A stretch of 64,000 nt of DNA, taken from the NCBI GenBank assembly GCA_965238005.1, contig OZ250165.1, forward strand, positions 352,001 to 416,000, read 5' to 3'. Within the stretch, counting starts at the first letter, position 1. Every line of letters begins with the position of its first letter. The translations under genes were made by a program, and so were the position numbers. The DNA is from Longimicrobiales bacterium (lineage in GTDB: Bacteria; Gemmatimonadota; Gemmatimonadetes; Longimicrobiales; Gaopeijiaceae). The notes beneath the pieces are model-generated. The model was not told the DNA's origin. It was given only the letters and a program-made list of their open reading frames with translations, and did not search any database. This document shows positions 31,112-40,801 of the stretch, piece by piece.

Positions 31112-31675
31112 CGGTCTCTGCCTTTCCGGCGAGTACGGCAATCCAACGGATCCTGATCGTTGACAGGAGTGGGAGCAGTGCGAGGTCCCCGTCTATCCTA
31201 CAAAACCAACTCCACCCCCGCGGTGAAGTGAAAATCGTTCACTGTCTCGTCAAAGACACCAATTCGATAGATACGATCTTTTACCTCCAACCTCACTGCG
31301 GCTTTTTCTAAGACGAATAGTTTAATGCCAAACCCAGCGTTCCCGCAAAATCCTCAGCGGGTGGGGAATTAGCGCCTAGCATCAGACCCATCAAGCCATC
31401 GCCCAACCTCAGCATCACTCGCTGCTGACCCTGTAGCCACGGCACGGGGCTGCCTCGTGCCCTGTTAACGCCCCAACCAAACGAAGTTTATGCGCAACAA
31501 TCCTGACCGCTCCACCCACGCCGAGGCGAGCCCCAACTAGCGCTGCTTACCGCGTCACTTTGTCGGACAAGACTCCCCGCAGCTTACCCCGCAGCAGCAA
31601 TCGCTCGGTGGACTGCTCTAGAACTCCAGCCGCTGCATCCGCAAATCCGAGGTCTGCGTCGGCAGCCGCCCACCT

Positions 31676-33052
31676 CTAGCTCGCCGGCACGATGTTCTGG
31701 TTGATGTGGAAGAGGTTGTCCGGGTCATAGGCCGCCTTCACTGCTGCGAGCCGCTCGTAGTTGGCGCCATAGTTTGCAGACGCACGGTGGTCGTCGTCGC
31801 TGGACATGAAGTTGATGTAGCCCCCATCGCTGCCCGAGTGGGGATGAATGGCTGCGTAATAGTCCTTCACCCACTTGGTGTTGGCTTCGTTGTCGGCAGG
31901 GTCGTCCCAAATTCCCACGATCACCGGGGCAAAGTTCTTGTCTCGGTGTCCGAAGGCGGTCTCGTCGGCGCTGACTCGCTGAGCCGCACCGTTGATCGGA
32001 TGGAGATGCATGCTCGAGCTGATGTGCGGTGTCTTCTTGCCATGCTCGATGTGAGCCGCGATCGCCTCGTCGGTGAGTGCGGTGGCGAAGTCTGTTTTCC
32101 AGTAATGCTGCATGCCCTTCGGGACGAGACCGTCGAAGGCGCTGTTGAGGACCGGGAACGGCATGACGTCGACCTGCTCCGCCTTCACTTCGGCAACGTC
32201 GCGTAGTGGCTGAAGTACTTGCTCGGCCTCCTCGTGTGGACCGTTCCAGCAACTGACCAAGACGCAGAACAGATCTCCGACCCGGTCCTCGGGGATGAAG
32301 GGCAGGGGAGGAGCTATCTGCCAGCCGAAGAAGCAGCCGAGCTGTTCGGGCGCATCGGCTATGAATTCGCGGTAGCACTCCAGGACTGCCGCGGCATCGC
32401 CGACCTCATAGAACATCGGGCCGCCGACGATGTCACCGACCTTGTGGAGCTGAAACTCGAAACTGGTGACGACACCGAAGTTGCCGCCGCCGCCGCGCAG
32501 GGCCCAGAACAAGTCTTCGTTCTGGTAGTCGCTCGCAGTCACCTGCCGGCCATCAGCAAGAACGACATCGGCCGACAGCAGGTTGTCGATGGACAACCCG
32601 ACGCTGCGGGTCAGGTAGCCGAGGCCGCCACCCAGCGTCAGACCACCTACTCCGGTCGTCGAGACGACCCCGCCGGGCGCGGCCAAGCCGAACGGGTAGG
32701 TCGCATGGTCGACATCACCCCACGTCGCGCCGCCCCCGACCCGGGCGACCTTCTTGTCCGGGTCGACCTGAACGTGGTTCATGGTCGACAGGTCGATGAC
32801 CAGACCGTCGTCCACCGTGCCGAAGCCCGGAACGCTGTGGCCGCCACCGCGAACTCCGAGGTCCAGGCCGCCGTCGCGGGCAGCGGCGACCGCGGCCATC
32901 ACGTCGGCCGCATCCACGCACCGGATGACGGCACTGGGCTTGCGGTCGTGCATGGCATTGTAGACAACGCAAGCGTCGTCGTAGTCAGGATCCGAGGCGG
33001 TAATGACGCGCCCCCGTACCGCTTCGGTCAGTGCCTCGATCATGTCGCTCAT
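31676..33052 (-). CDS. FAD-binding oxidoreductase (berberine-bridge family)
   Basis: RGGGHS, LFWALRGGGGNFGVVT, KAAYDPDNLF. Confidence 0.95.
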   Translation of the reverse strand: MSDMIEALTEAVRGRVITASDPDYDDACVVYNAMHDRKPSAVIRCVDAADVMAAVAAARDGGLDLGVRGGGHSVPGFGTVDDGLVIDLSTMNHVQVDPDKKVARVGGGATWGDVDHATYPFGLAAPGGVVSTTGVGGLTLGGGLGYLTRSVGLSIDNLLSADVVLADGRQVTASDYQNEDLFWALRGGGGNFGVVTSFEFQLHKVGDIVGGPMFYEVGDAAAVLECYREFIADAPEQLGCFFGWQIAPPLPFIPEDRVGDLFCVLVSCWNGPHEEAEQVLQPLRDVAEVKAEQVDVMPFPVLNSAFDGLVPKGMQHYWKTDFATALTDEAIAAHIEHGKKTPHISSSMHLHPINGAAQRVSADETAFGHRDKNFAPVIVGIWDDPADNEANTKWVKDYYAAIHPHSGSDGGYINFMSSDDDHRASANYGANYERLAAVKAAYDPDNLFHINQNIVPAS

Positions 33053-33125
33053 TGGGTGCTCCTTTCTCGGGTTCACAAAAGATGCCCCAAGGATGCACCC
33101 TCAGGCGTTCCCGAAGCGTTCCCTC

Positions 33126-36100
33126 TTAACCGGGCTCGCTCAGCAGGCCTATTGCCGCACGGAACGCCGGGAGATCATGGCCCGACGGAATGGTGTCGAC
33201 GAGGTCCCCAAGTTGCTCACGCACTGTCTGATCGGGAAATCGACTGGCGAGGGAGTGAAGCGCCCGAAGCTCCAACCAGCCCGCGCCTTGTGCGGAGGCG
33301 AGCTCGACGGCATTGCGCAGAGACGCGGCTGCGGCTTCGGCTTCTCCGCTGCGATACGCCAGCTCCCCATCGACTCGCCACAGCTCGGCCTCGAGATAGC
33401 GCTGGTTGCAGCTGTGTGACCATGAGAGCCCCTCGCGTGTGGCGGCTCGTCCTTGCTCGAACTCACCGGCCATGCTACGAGCCCGGGCGAGCAGCAGGAG
33501 ACAGTAGGTCAGGTGCAGGGTCTCCCCCTCGGTACGCGAGCGCGCCACCGACCGCACGATCTTCTCGATGCCCCCGAGCGATCCCTCGCAGACGTCCAGC
33601 CAGCCCCGAAGGGCCTCCAGGACGACTACGAGGTAGCGCTCCGAAAGACGCCGCCACAGAAGCCCAGCGTCGCCGAGGAGCTCGGCGAGGCGGACGAGGT
33701 CTTCGGATTCGGCCGCGATGATCGCCGCGTAAGTGGTGACGTACCCCAACGTCATCAGGTGATCGAGATCGACGGCGATCTCAAGAGCGGATCGGGCCGT
33801 CTCGTTGGCCCGGCCGGCATCTCCAGCCCACAGCTCGACCCACGCCAGCCGTACGAGGCAAACCGCCCTCGGGTCCTGGGCGTACAAGGCCAGATGCTCA
33901 TCGCGATGAGACACGTCATAGGCTTCAATAGCGCCTTCGAGATAGTGCCGGGCCATAGCCAGATCGCCCCGCCAGAACGCACTCACGCCGAGGAGATATC
34001 GGCCCTCTGTCCTGGCGATCGGATCATGCCTCTCATCGTCGAGGAGGGCCTGGCCGAGTTCACTGCAATCGTCGAAGCGGCAGCCCTGCAGCCGGGCGAG
34101 GCCGAGACCGCGCAGAATCGGTGCGTCCACGGGTCGGTGAAGCTTGCGGCAAAGCGAGAGGGCTCGTTCATAGAGTCGGTGCGCACTGTTGGAGCCGTAG
34201 CCCTCGAGGGCCACAAGGGGTGATCCGAGAGCGATCCGCACGTCGAGTTCGAGCGCATCGCGGTCGGGCGACGTCGGCAGGTCAGCAAGCAGTGAGAGTG
34301 CTCGCCGAAACATGGTGACCGCTTCATCGAGAGCCGACACCGCCACCGATTGGGCCCCCGCCGTGCGGTAGGCATCGATGGCCGGTTCGACCATGCCGGC
34401 CTGGTCGTAGTGCGCGGCCAGCTGCGGGCCGGCCGCGTCGATGTGGTCCTGGAACTCGACCGCGATCGCCTCGGCGACGGCCCGGTGGAGTTGACGTCGA
34501 CGAGCTGGAGTGACCATCTCCAGGGCAACGGCCCGAAGCTTGTCGTGACTGAAATCGTACGTGAGGCCCTGATCGCGGATGATCCGTCGGCGCCAGAGTT
34601 CATCGACATGGTCAACCAGCTCGTGCTCACCGATCCCAGTGGCCGAAACGATCAGACCAACCGAGAACGGTCGACCGATGACCGCCGCCACCTCAGCGAG
34701 TCGCCGAGCGCCGTCAGGTAGCTGGCCCAGTCGGGCGCGAAGCACCGCCCGCATTGTCGGTGTGAGCACTGCCTGACTTCCATCAGAGGAGATCCCGGCT
34801 CGAAGAGCTTCGATGACGAAAAGTGGATTGCCTTCGGTCTCGCTCCAGAGTTGTGCCGCCAGTTTCTGGTCAATCGTGTCTTCAGCGCCTAGCCGAGCAG
34901 CGAGGGTTGCCGTGGTGGCTTCATCGAGCGGGTCGAGTGGCACGGTGGTCACTGCCTGGTCGTGGCGCAAAGCGTCGACGAGTCCGACGAGGGGATGGTG
35001 CTCTGGGATCTCCTCCCAGCGGACGGTACCGACGATGAGGACCGGTGCCGTCTGTCCGGAACGGACAACGAAACCGATCAACTCGATGGTCTCGGCGTCA
35101 CACCACTGCAGATCGTCGATGATCAGCAAGCGCGGGCGGTCGCCGACGACGATGGCTCGGTTCACAGCATCGAACAATCGATGGCGTTGAGCCAGGTCGC
35201 CCGACTGGCTCGGTCCAGATGGCTGGGAAGCGTCGAGGAGTTCGGGCAGGAGGCGAGCGAGCTCGGCCCTCCAGACCGTTTCGAGCGTGTCGATGTGGCT
35301 CCGGAGAGCATCCGATCGGAGTAGGTCGATGACGGGACCCCACGGCAGTCTGCCCGCAGCCTCGTACGCACGAGCCGATGCCACCATGTGTCCCTCTGCT
35401 CGAACGCGCCTGCCGATCTCCATTGCGAGACGGGACTTTCCGATCCCCGGTTCCCCGGTCACCAACAAGAGATGTGCCCCACCTTGCCGCGCGGTATTCC
35501 AGGCCTCGTTGAGCTGGTTCAACTCCAGGTCGCGGCCCACGAAAGGCGATTCGGCGACGGGTGCCAGGTTCTCACCGTGCACTTCGTCGCGGTTGATTGT
35601 GCCGGCCCGGAGCTGTTGGTACATGGCCCCGATCGCCTCGCCCGGTGCCACCCCGAGGTCGCGCTCGAGCACCTCTGCATACCGGTGGTAGGAGCGCAGC
35701 GCAGCGGCTCTATCGCCAAGTGCGAGATGTGCTTCCATCTGAAATCGGACGGCCGCTTCGTCGGTCGGCTCCAGGCCGATGACGCGTTGGGCATGCTTGA
35801 TCGTGGCCTTCTGTTCGCCGCGCCCCGCAGCCTGTTCTGTCAGCCGCACGAAGGCCCCGTACGCCTCAGCTCGAAGTTTCGCTCGCTCGTCCAGGACCCA
35901 GTCGTCATAGCAAGCTGGAAGGAGATCGCCCGAATAGAGGTGCGCGGCGAGCTCGAGATCACCGACCGCCAAGGCATCGCGGAACCTCAGCACGTCGACC
36001 TCGCTCGGCCCAGTCGGAATCCACCGGACAATCTCGTTGTCGATCTCGACGAACTCACCGATGTCGGGAAGGGAATGACGGAAGTCGTGGAGCAGCTTTC

Positions 36101-36332
36101 TGAGGTTGGTGCGCGCCTGACGTTCGTCGGAGTCGAGCCAGAGCTCGAACGCGAGTCGTGAGCGGTGCTGCAGGTCTCTCCGTATCGCGATCAACGCTAG
36201 AGACCGTTGCAAACGAAGAGAGTTGAAGGCGCGAAGACGCCGCCCGTCCAAGATGATCTCGACTACACCAAGAAGTCGGACCTCTAACCGCGCCGGCGCT
36301 CCGCCACTGACCCCGCTCGTGTCACTCGGCAT
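33126..36332 (-). CDS. SARP/BTAD-AAA ATPase-TPR (STAND-type) transcriptional regulator
   Basis: N-terminal wHTH/BTAD; GEPGIGKS; DDLQW; TEGNPLF; helical repeats. Confidence 0.92.
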   Translation of the reverse strand: MPSDTSGVSGGAPARLEVRLLGVVEIILDGRRLRAFNSLRLQRSLALIAIRRDLQHRSRLAFELWLDSDERQARTNLRKLLHDFRHSLPDIGEFVEIDNEIVRWIPTGPSEVDVLRFRDALAVGDLELAAHLYSGDLLPACYDDWVLDERAKLRAEAYGAFVRLTEQAAGRGEQKATIKHAQRVIGLEPTDEAAVRFQMEAHLALGDRAAALRSYHRYAEVLERDLGVAPGEAIGAMYQQLRAGTINRDEVHGENLAPVAESPFVGRDLELNQLNEAWNTARQGGAHLLLVTGEPGIGKSRLAMEIGRRVRAEGHMVASARAYEAAGRLPWGPVIDLLRSDALRSHIDTLETVWRAELARLLPELLDASQPSGPSQSGDLAQRHRLFDAVNRAIVVGDRPRLLIIDDLQWCDAETIELIGFVVRSGQTAPVLIVGTVRWEEIPEHHPLVGLVDALRHDQAVTTVPLDPLDEATTATLAARLGAEDTIDQKLAAQLWSETEGNPLFVIEALRAGISSDGSQAVLTPTMRAVLRARLGQLPDGARRLAEVAAVIGRPFSVGLIVSATGIGEHELVDHVDELWRRRIIRDQGLTYDFSHDKLRAVALEMVTPARRRQLHRAVAEAIAVEFQDHIDAAGPQLAAHYDQAGMVEPAIDAYRTAGAQSVAVSALDEAVTMFRRALSLLADLPTSPDRDALELDVRIALGSPLVALEGYGSNSAHRLYERALSLCRKLHRPVDAPILRGLGLARLQGCRFDDCSELGQALLDDERHDPIARTEGRYLLGVSAFWRGDLAMARHYLEGAIEAYDVSHRDEHLALYAQDPRAVCLVRLAWVELWAGDAGRANETARSALEIAVDLDHLMTLGYVTTYAAIIAAESEDLVRLAELLGDAGLLWRRLSERYLVVVLEALRGWLDVCEGSLGGIEKIVRSVARSRTEGETLHLTYCLLLLARARSMAGEFEQGRAATREGLSWSHSCNQRYLEAELWRVDGELAYRSGEAEAAAASLRNAVELASAQGAGWLELRALHSLASRFPDQTVREQLGDLVDTIPSGHDLPAFRAAIGLLSEPG

Positions 36333-36479
36333 GGCGTGCCCTAATGTGATCGAGCACCGTGAGGTTGTCCTCTGCGCGGTCTCTCAAAGGTCTATCCCGG
36401 CAGGCATAGTAGCCACTGGACGAGACCTTCAGGCAACTGCACATCAGGCGAACCGGGAACGCGTCGCTGCCACGCTCGA

Positions 36480-36942
36480 TCATGCAGAGGCGCGTCGCCG
36501 CTCAGCCGTCTCGAAGTAGCAGCCGAACCGCCAAGGGCACGTGTCAGGGCCTTGGAACAGCACCCGTCGCACTCTCCATCCCGCGTCGCCTCGCGCAGAT
36601 GGCCCAAACCTGCCGTCCCCCCCAAGGAACGTCCGAGTCTGTGTCGCAAGGTCGCGCAACTGCAAGCTCAAGCCCATGAGCAACATTGGCACCGGGAGGA
36701 AGAACCCACCAGCGAACACGGATCGGCGGCTCCGTAACCACCCGCAGCGACGTGAGAACTATGGTCGGCACGTCTCGCGGAAGTGGGACAGCAACGACTT
36801 TGTCCTGCTCCATGAATTGCTGCAGGTCCTGGACCTCCCTGAGGACTGTCTCAATCTCAGGGCCAGGCAATTGGAAGACATCTCTGAGTGTCGTTCTGAG
36901 TGCCGATGGGTCGAGCGCCTCGAAGACTTGGTTGCCGAGCAA
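36480..36942 (-). pseudogene. degraded alpha/beta-hydrolase-like C-terminal fragment
   Basis: PLPRDVPTIVLTS...; several frames and stops. Confidence 0.3.
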
Positions 36943-37155
36943 GAATACGGGGGCTATGCGCTACGCGCACGGACTATCGGCTGCCGTTACATCCCAAGGA
37001 TAGCAGCGGAACGCGAGCAGGACTGGGCGGTGTCGAGGCGGCTTCTCAAACTGTGCCAAAAAACTGCGTCGTTACCCACCGACGCTCACCGACGTCCACC
37101 AACGCCGCTGATGCGTTCCCAAGGCAGGTGCGCGACTGAGTCGAGATGCCGTCCC

Positions 37156-37298
37156 CGTATCGGAGTCTCCACGGCCGCCCATTCCATCCGATCACCCTTC
37201 GGTGTGCCCTTACCCTGAGTCCTCCCTCCAACTGGACCATCCATCACTGCACGCCATACCTTGGCTCTTGGACCAATTAGGCGGTTGGATCTCCTATC
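37156..37298 (+). mobile_element. second copy of the IS91-like oriIS end
   Basis: Near-identical to 27148-27290. Confidence 0.8.
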
Positions 37299-37514
37299 CT
37301 CGAACAACTGCCAATGCGATCGGCGCTGCCGGTGCCCAACCACGTCGCACGGTGCGGCCGACGCCGCGGCTGCGTTCACCTCGTTGAAGGCCAGCAGGGC
37401 GCGGCGGGAGTGAGGCCAGCCCAGCTCGCATCAGAACACACGCGCTGACATCCTTTACGCGTCAGCGCGCCCGTGATTCCGACCACTTGGTGGTCAATGC
37501 CAAAGGAGTGCCCC

Positions 37515-39209
37515 GTGTCAGATCCGATCGAGCAAGCCGAGTCCATGAGTGACGACCCAAGGGTTGGCGAACGGCAACCGAGCCCCGGCCTCAGTCGTCG
37601 GGAGTTCCTCGGCATCACCGCGGCGGGCAGCACGATTGCGCTTGCCGGACCGTTGGGCTGTGCCCCGGCGGAGACCGGCAGTACGGGGCGAGGGTTCAAT
37701 ATTCCGGAGTCGGAATTAGATGAGGTAACGGTTGCCGATCTTCAGGAGGCGATGGAATCAGGCCGGTGGTCAGCCGCGCGTATATCGGAGATGTATCTGT
37801 CCAGGATCGAGGCGGTTGATCGAAGCGGCCCGACACTTCGGTCTGTCATCGAGACCAACCCCGATGCCCTGTCGATTGCCAGGGAGTTGGATGATGAGCG
37901 CGCCAGGGGCAATGTCCGTGGGCCGCTGCATGGTATTCCGGTCCTGATCAAGGACAACATTGGAACGGCGGATCGGATGAATACGACTGCTGGCTCGTAC
38001 GCGCTCGAAGGTGCGGTTCCGGCGGAGGACTCATTCGTTGCCAGGCGGCTGCGTGAGGCGGGCGCGATCATCCTCGGCAAAGCAAACCTCAGCGAATGGG
38101 CGAACTTCCGCTCGACCCGCTCGTCGAGCGGATGGAGCGGGCGCGGTGGTCAGTGCAAGAATCCCTATGTACTCGACCGCAATCCGGACGGATCGAGCTC
38201 GGGTCCCGGCGCTGCGGCTGCTGCCAATCTCGCCGCGCTCGCCATCGGTACCGAAACCAATGGATCCATTGTCAATCCCTCCTCGGCCAACGGTCTCGTC
38301 GGCATCAAGCCAACCGTAGGCCTGTGGAGTCGAAGTCGCATCATTCCCATTTCTCACTCTCAGGATACCGCAGGACCCATGACCAGAACGGTCCGCGACG
38401 GCGCAGTCTTACTCGGCGCATTGACGGGCGTCGATCCTAGCGATCCGGCTACGAGCGCCAGTAGGGGGAACGCACAGTCCGACTACACACAGTTCCTCGA
38501 TCGGGACGGGCTGCGAGGCGCCCGCGTCGGCGTTGCCCGTCAGTACTTCGGGCGTCACGAGCGGATCGACGCGCTGATGGAAGATGCGATCGCCGCGCTG
38601 GCGGAAGCGGGTGCCATGGTGGTGGATCCGGTTGAGCTCACGACCAGAGATGAGCTGCGGCAGCACACCCGCGACATTCTGCTATACGAGTTCAACGCAG
38701 ATATGAAGGCCTATCTCGACGATTTGGGTCCAGCGACCACGATGCGTTCGTTGGCCGATCTCATCGATTTCAACAACCAGAACCGTGACCGCGAGCTTCA
38801 GTACTTTGGACAGGAAGTCTTCGAGCAGTCCGAGGAAAAAGGCCCGCTCACCGATCGTGAGTACCAGGACGCCTTGGCCAACGCGCACCGACTGTCGCGA
38901 GACGAGGGAATCGATGCGGTCATGAACGAGCACCAATTGGACGCCATCATCGCCCCAGCCGGGGGTCCGGCCTGGATGATTGATCTCATCAACGGTGATC
39001 ACTATCAGGGTGGAAGTTCGACCTTCGCGGCGGTGTCAGGCTACCCGAACGTGACGCTCCCAATGGGGACGGTGTTCCGGTTGCCCGTTGGAATGTCGAT
39101 CTTTGGTCGAGCCTGGAGCGAACCGACCTTACTTCGAATCGCATACGGGTTCGAGCAAGTCACGCAGCATCGGCAGCCGCCGACGTTCTTGCCCACCCTG
39201 GAGTTGTGA
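37515..39209 (+). CDS. Tat-exported amidase (amidase-signature family)
   Basis: SRREFLG Tat motif; GPLHGIPVLIKDN; GSSSG; GTETNGSI. Confidence 0.92.
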   Translation: MSDPIEQAESMSDDPRVGERQPSPGLSRREFLGITAAGSTIALAGPLGCAPAETGSTGRGFNIPESELDEVTVADLQEAMESGRWSAARISEMYLSRIEAVDRSGPTLRSVIETNPDALSIARELDDERARGNVRGPLHGIPVLIKDNIGTADRMNTTAGSYALEGAVPAEDSFVARRLREAGAIILGKANLSEWANFRSTRSSSGWSGRGGQCKNPYVLDRNPDGSSSGPGAAAAANLAALAIGTETNGSIVNPSSANGLVGIKPTVGLWSRSRIIPISHSQDTAGPMTRTVRDGAVLLGALTGVDPSDPATSASRGNAQSDYTQFLDRDGLRGARVGVARQYFGRHERIDALMEDAIAALAEAGAMVVDPVELTTRDELRQHTRDILLYEFNADMKAYLDDLGPATTMRSLADLIDFNNQNRDRELQYFGQEVFEQSEEKGPLTDREYQDALANAHRLSRDEGIDAVMNEHQLDAIIAPAGGPAWMIDLINGDHYQGGSSTFAAVSGYPNVTLPMGTVFRLPVGMSIFGRAWSEPTLLRIAYGFEQVTQHRQPPTFLPTLEL

Positions 39210-39230
39210 CTGGAAGGCGTTGAGCCCCCC

Positions 39231-39275
39231 TTGACCTCGCGCCCTCCTTCGTGAATATTGCTTGTGTACTACAAC
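39231..39275 (+). promoter_or_regulatory. sigma70-like promoter and candidate MarR operator
   Basis: TTGACC-17 nt-AATATT, followed by CTTGTGTACTACAAC; similar GTTGTAACTGCCAAC at 39827-39841. Confidence 0.5.
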
Positions 39276-39289
39276 TATCAGCGGACGCC

Positions 39290-39781
39290 ATGCCGACCAC
39301 CATCGCCGACAAGAGCATCGCCGAGGACGCTCGGGCCCTATCGCAGGCGTTCTCGGAGCTGATCCGCCTGGTCCAGTTCCGTGATCGGGATCGGGCCTGC
39401 TGCTACGGGCTGACGGTGAGCCAGTGCTATGGGCTGAAGGCGGTGTGCGAGACGGGACCGCTGAGCGTGAACGAGCTCGCCGGCGCCCTCTACCTGGAGA
39501 AGAGCACGGCCAGCCGGCTCGCCAGGGGACTGGAGGACGCGGGTCTGGTCGAGCGCTCCACCCACCAGGAGGACCGGCGCTCCGTGCGCCTCGCCGCCAC
39601 CGCGGCGGGCCGGCGCGCCTACGAGACCGTCGAGGCGGCACTCCAGACGGAGTACGCCGCCCTGCTCGAGGACTTCGAGCCCGAGGTGCGCTCCGGCATG
39701 ACCGAGCTCCTGGGTCGCCTCACTCGAGCGGTCGGCAGCCGTGTGGAGGCGGAGGGGGGAAGCTGCTGTGTGGTTCGCTGA
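39290..39781 (+). CDS. MarR-family regulator with Cys pairs (putatively arsenic-responsive)
   Basis: RACCYGLTVSQC; EDRR wing; C-terminal SCC. Confidence 0.85.
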   Translation: MPTTIADKSIAEDARALSQAFSELIRLVQFRDRDRACCYGLTVSQCYGLKAVCETGPLSVNELAGALYLEKSTASRLARGLEDAGLVERSTHQEDRRSVRLAATAAGRRAYETVEAALQTEYAALLEDFEPEVRSGMTELLGRLTRAVGSRVEAEGGSCCVVR

Positions 39782-39844
39782 CCGCTTCGAGTCGCGTCCT
39801 AGGGGCCGTCTTCATTTCAAGTACAAGTTGTAACTGCCAACCAT

Positions 39845-40693
39845 ATGGTGAAGAACATGGAACACGACACCATCCGCGAAGCGGTCCGGGATCGCTACGC
39901 CACCATCGCAGACGACGAGGCCTCCTGTTGCGGTCCCTCGTGCTGCGCTTCCGGCGAGACCGACTCCGTCTCGACCGCCATGGGCTACGACGAGGAGCAG
40001 CTCGATAGCGTGCCCGAGGGCGCGGACCTGGGCCTGGGCTCCGGGAACCCCGTGGCCGCCGCCGGCCTCCAGGAGGGGGACACGGTGCTCGATCTCGGAT
40101 CGGGGGGCGGCATCGACTGCTTCCTGGCAGCCGAGAAGGTGGGCCCCACGGGCAAGGTGATCGGGGTCGACATGACGCCCGAGATGGTCGCCCGCGCCCG
40201 CAGGAACGCCGAGAAGGGCTCGTACCGGAACGTGGACTTCCGGCTGGGCGAGATCGAGGCCCTGCCCGTGGCCGACCGCACGGTGGACGTCGTCATCTCC
40301 AACTGCGTCATCAACCTCTCGCCCGAGCGTGACCGGGTCTTCGCCGAGGCCCTTCGGGCCCTCAAGCCGGGCGGCAGGCTGGTGATCTCCGATCTCGTAT
40401 GCCGGGGGCCGATCCCCGGAGCGCTACGTGAGGAGGCGGAGGCGGTGACGACCTGCCTTCCCGTCGAGGAGCACGAGTATCTGGCCGACCTGGAAAAGGC
40501 GGGGTTCACCGACGCGAAGGTGACGAACGCCCGGCCCTACCCCCGCGAGGTCTTGTCCTCGACGCCCATCGCCCGGAGCATCATCGAGAAGCACCCGGCG
40601 ATGGCCGAGTCTCTGGAAGAATTCGCCTCGTCGGTGAACGGCGCCATCATCGAGGCGCGGAAGCCGCTTGCGCCACTCACGTCGCGCGGATAA
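39845..40693 (+). CDS. arsM: arsenite S-adenosylmethionine methyltransferase
   Basis: SCCGPSCC, GLGSGNP, VLDLGSGGGIDCF, ISNCVINL; the usual Cys of GCGNP appears as Ser. Confidence 0.85.
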   Translation: MVKNMEHDTIREAVRDRYATIADDEASCCGPSCCASGETDSVSTAMGYDEEQLDSVPEGADLGLGSGNPVAAAGLQEGDTVLDLGSGGGIDCFLAAEKVGPTGKVIGVDMTPEMVARARRNAEKGSYRNVDFRLGEIEALPVADRTVDVVISNCVINLSPERDRVFAEALRALKPGGRLVISDLVCRGPIPGALREEAEAVTTCLPVEEHEYLADLEKAGFTDAKVTNARPYPREVLSSTPIARSIIEKHPAMAESLEEFASSVNGAIIEARKPLAPLTSRG

Positions 40694-40801
40694 TGCCGCA
40701 TCGGTATGATCCCCCTTTTCGGGGCAGCCAGTTGCGACCGACTTCGCCATCGCGTTGGCTGCCCCCAGACGGGAGCGCGTCCCAACGTGAGGAGCGACAC
40801 G

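Noticed and set aside
31436..31465. REP-like hairpin GGCACGGGGCTGCCTCGTGCC
   Set aside because: Single copy in the window; could be a terminator or chance
32219..33721. 500-aa plus-strand ORF
   Set aside because: Antisense to two well-supported genes and carries no recognisable motifs
33126..36332. STAND ATPase as an Avs-type antiphage system
   Set aside because: The N-terminus is a wHTH/BTAD transcription module and the gene sits beside an oxidoreductase; no nuclease or other effector domain
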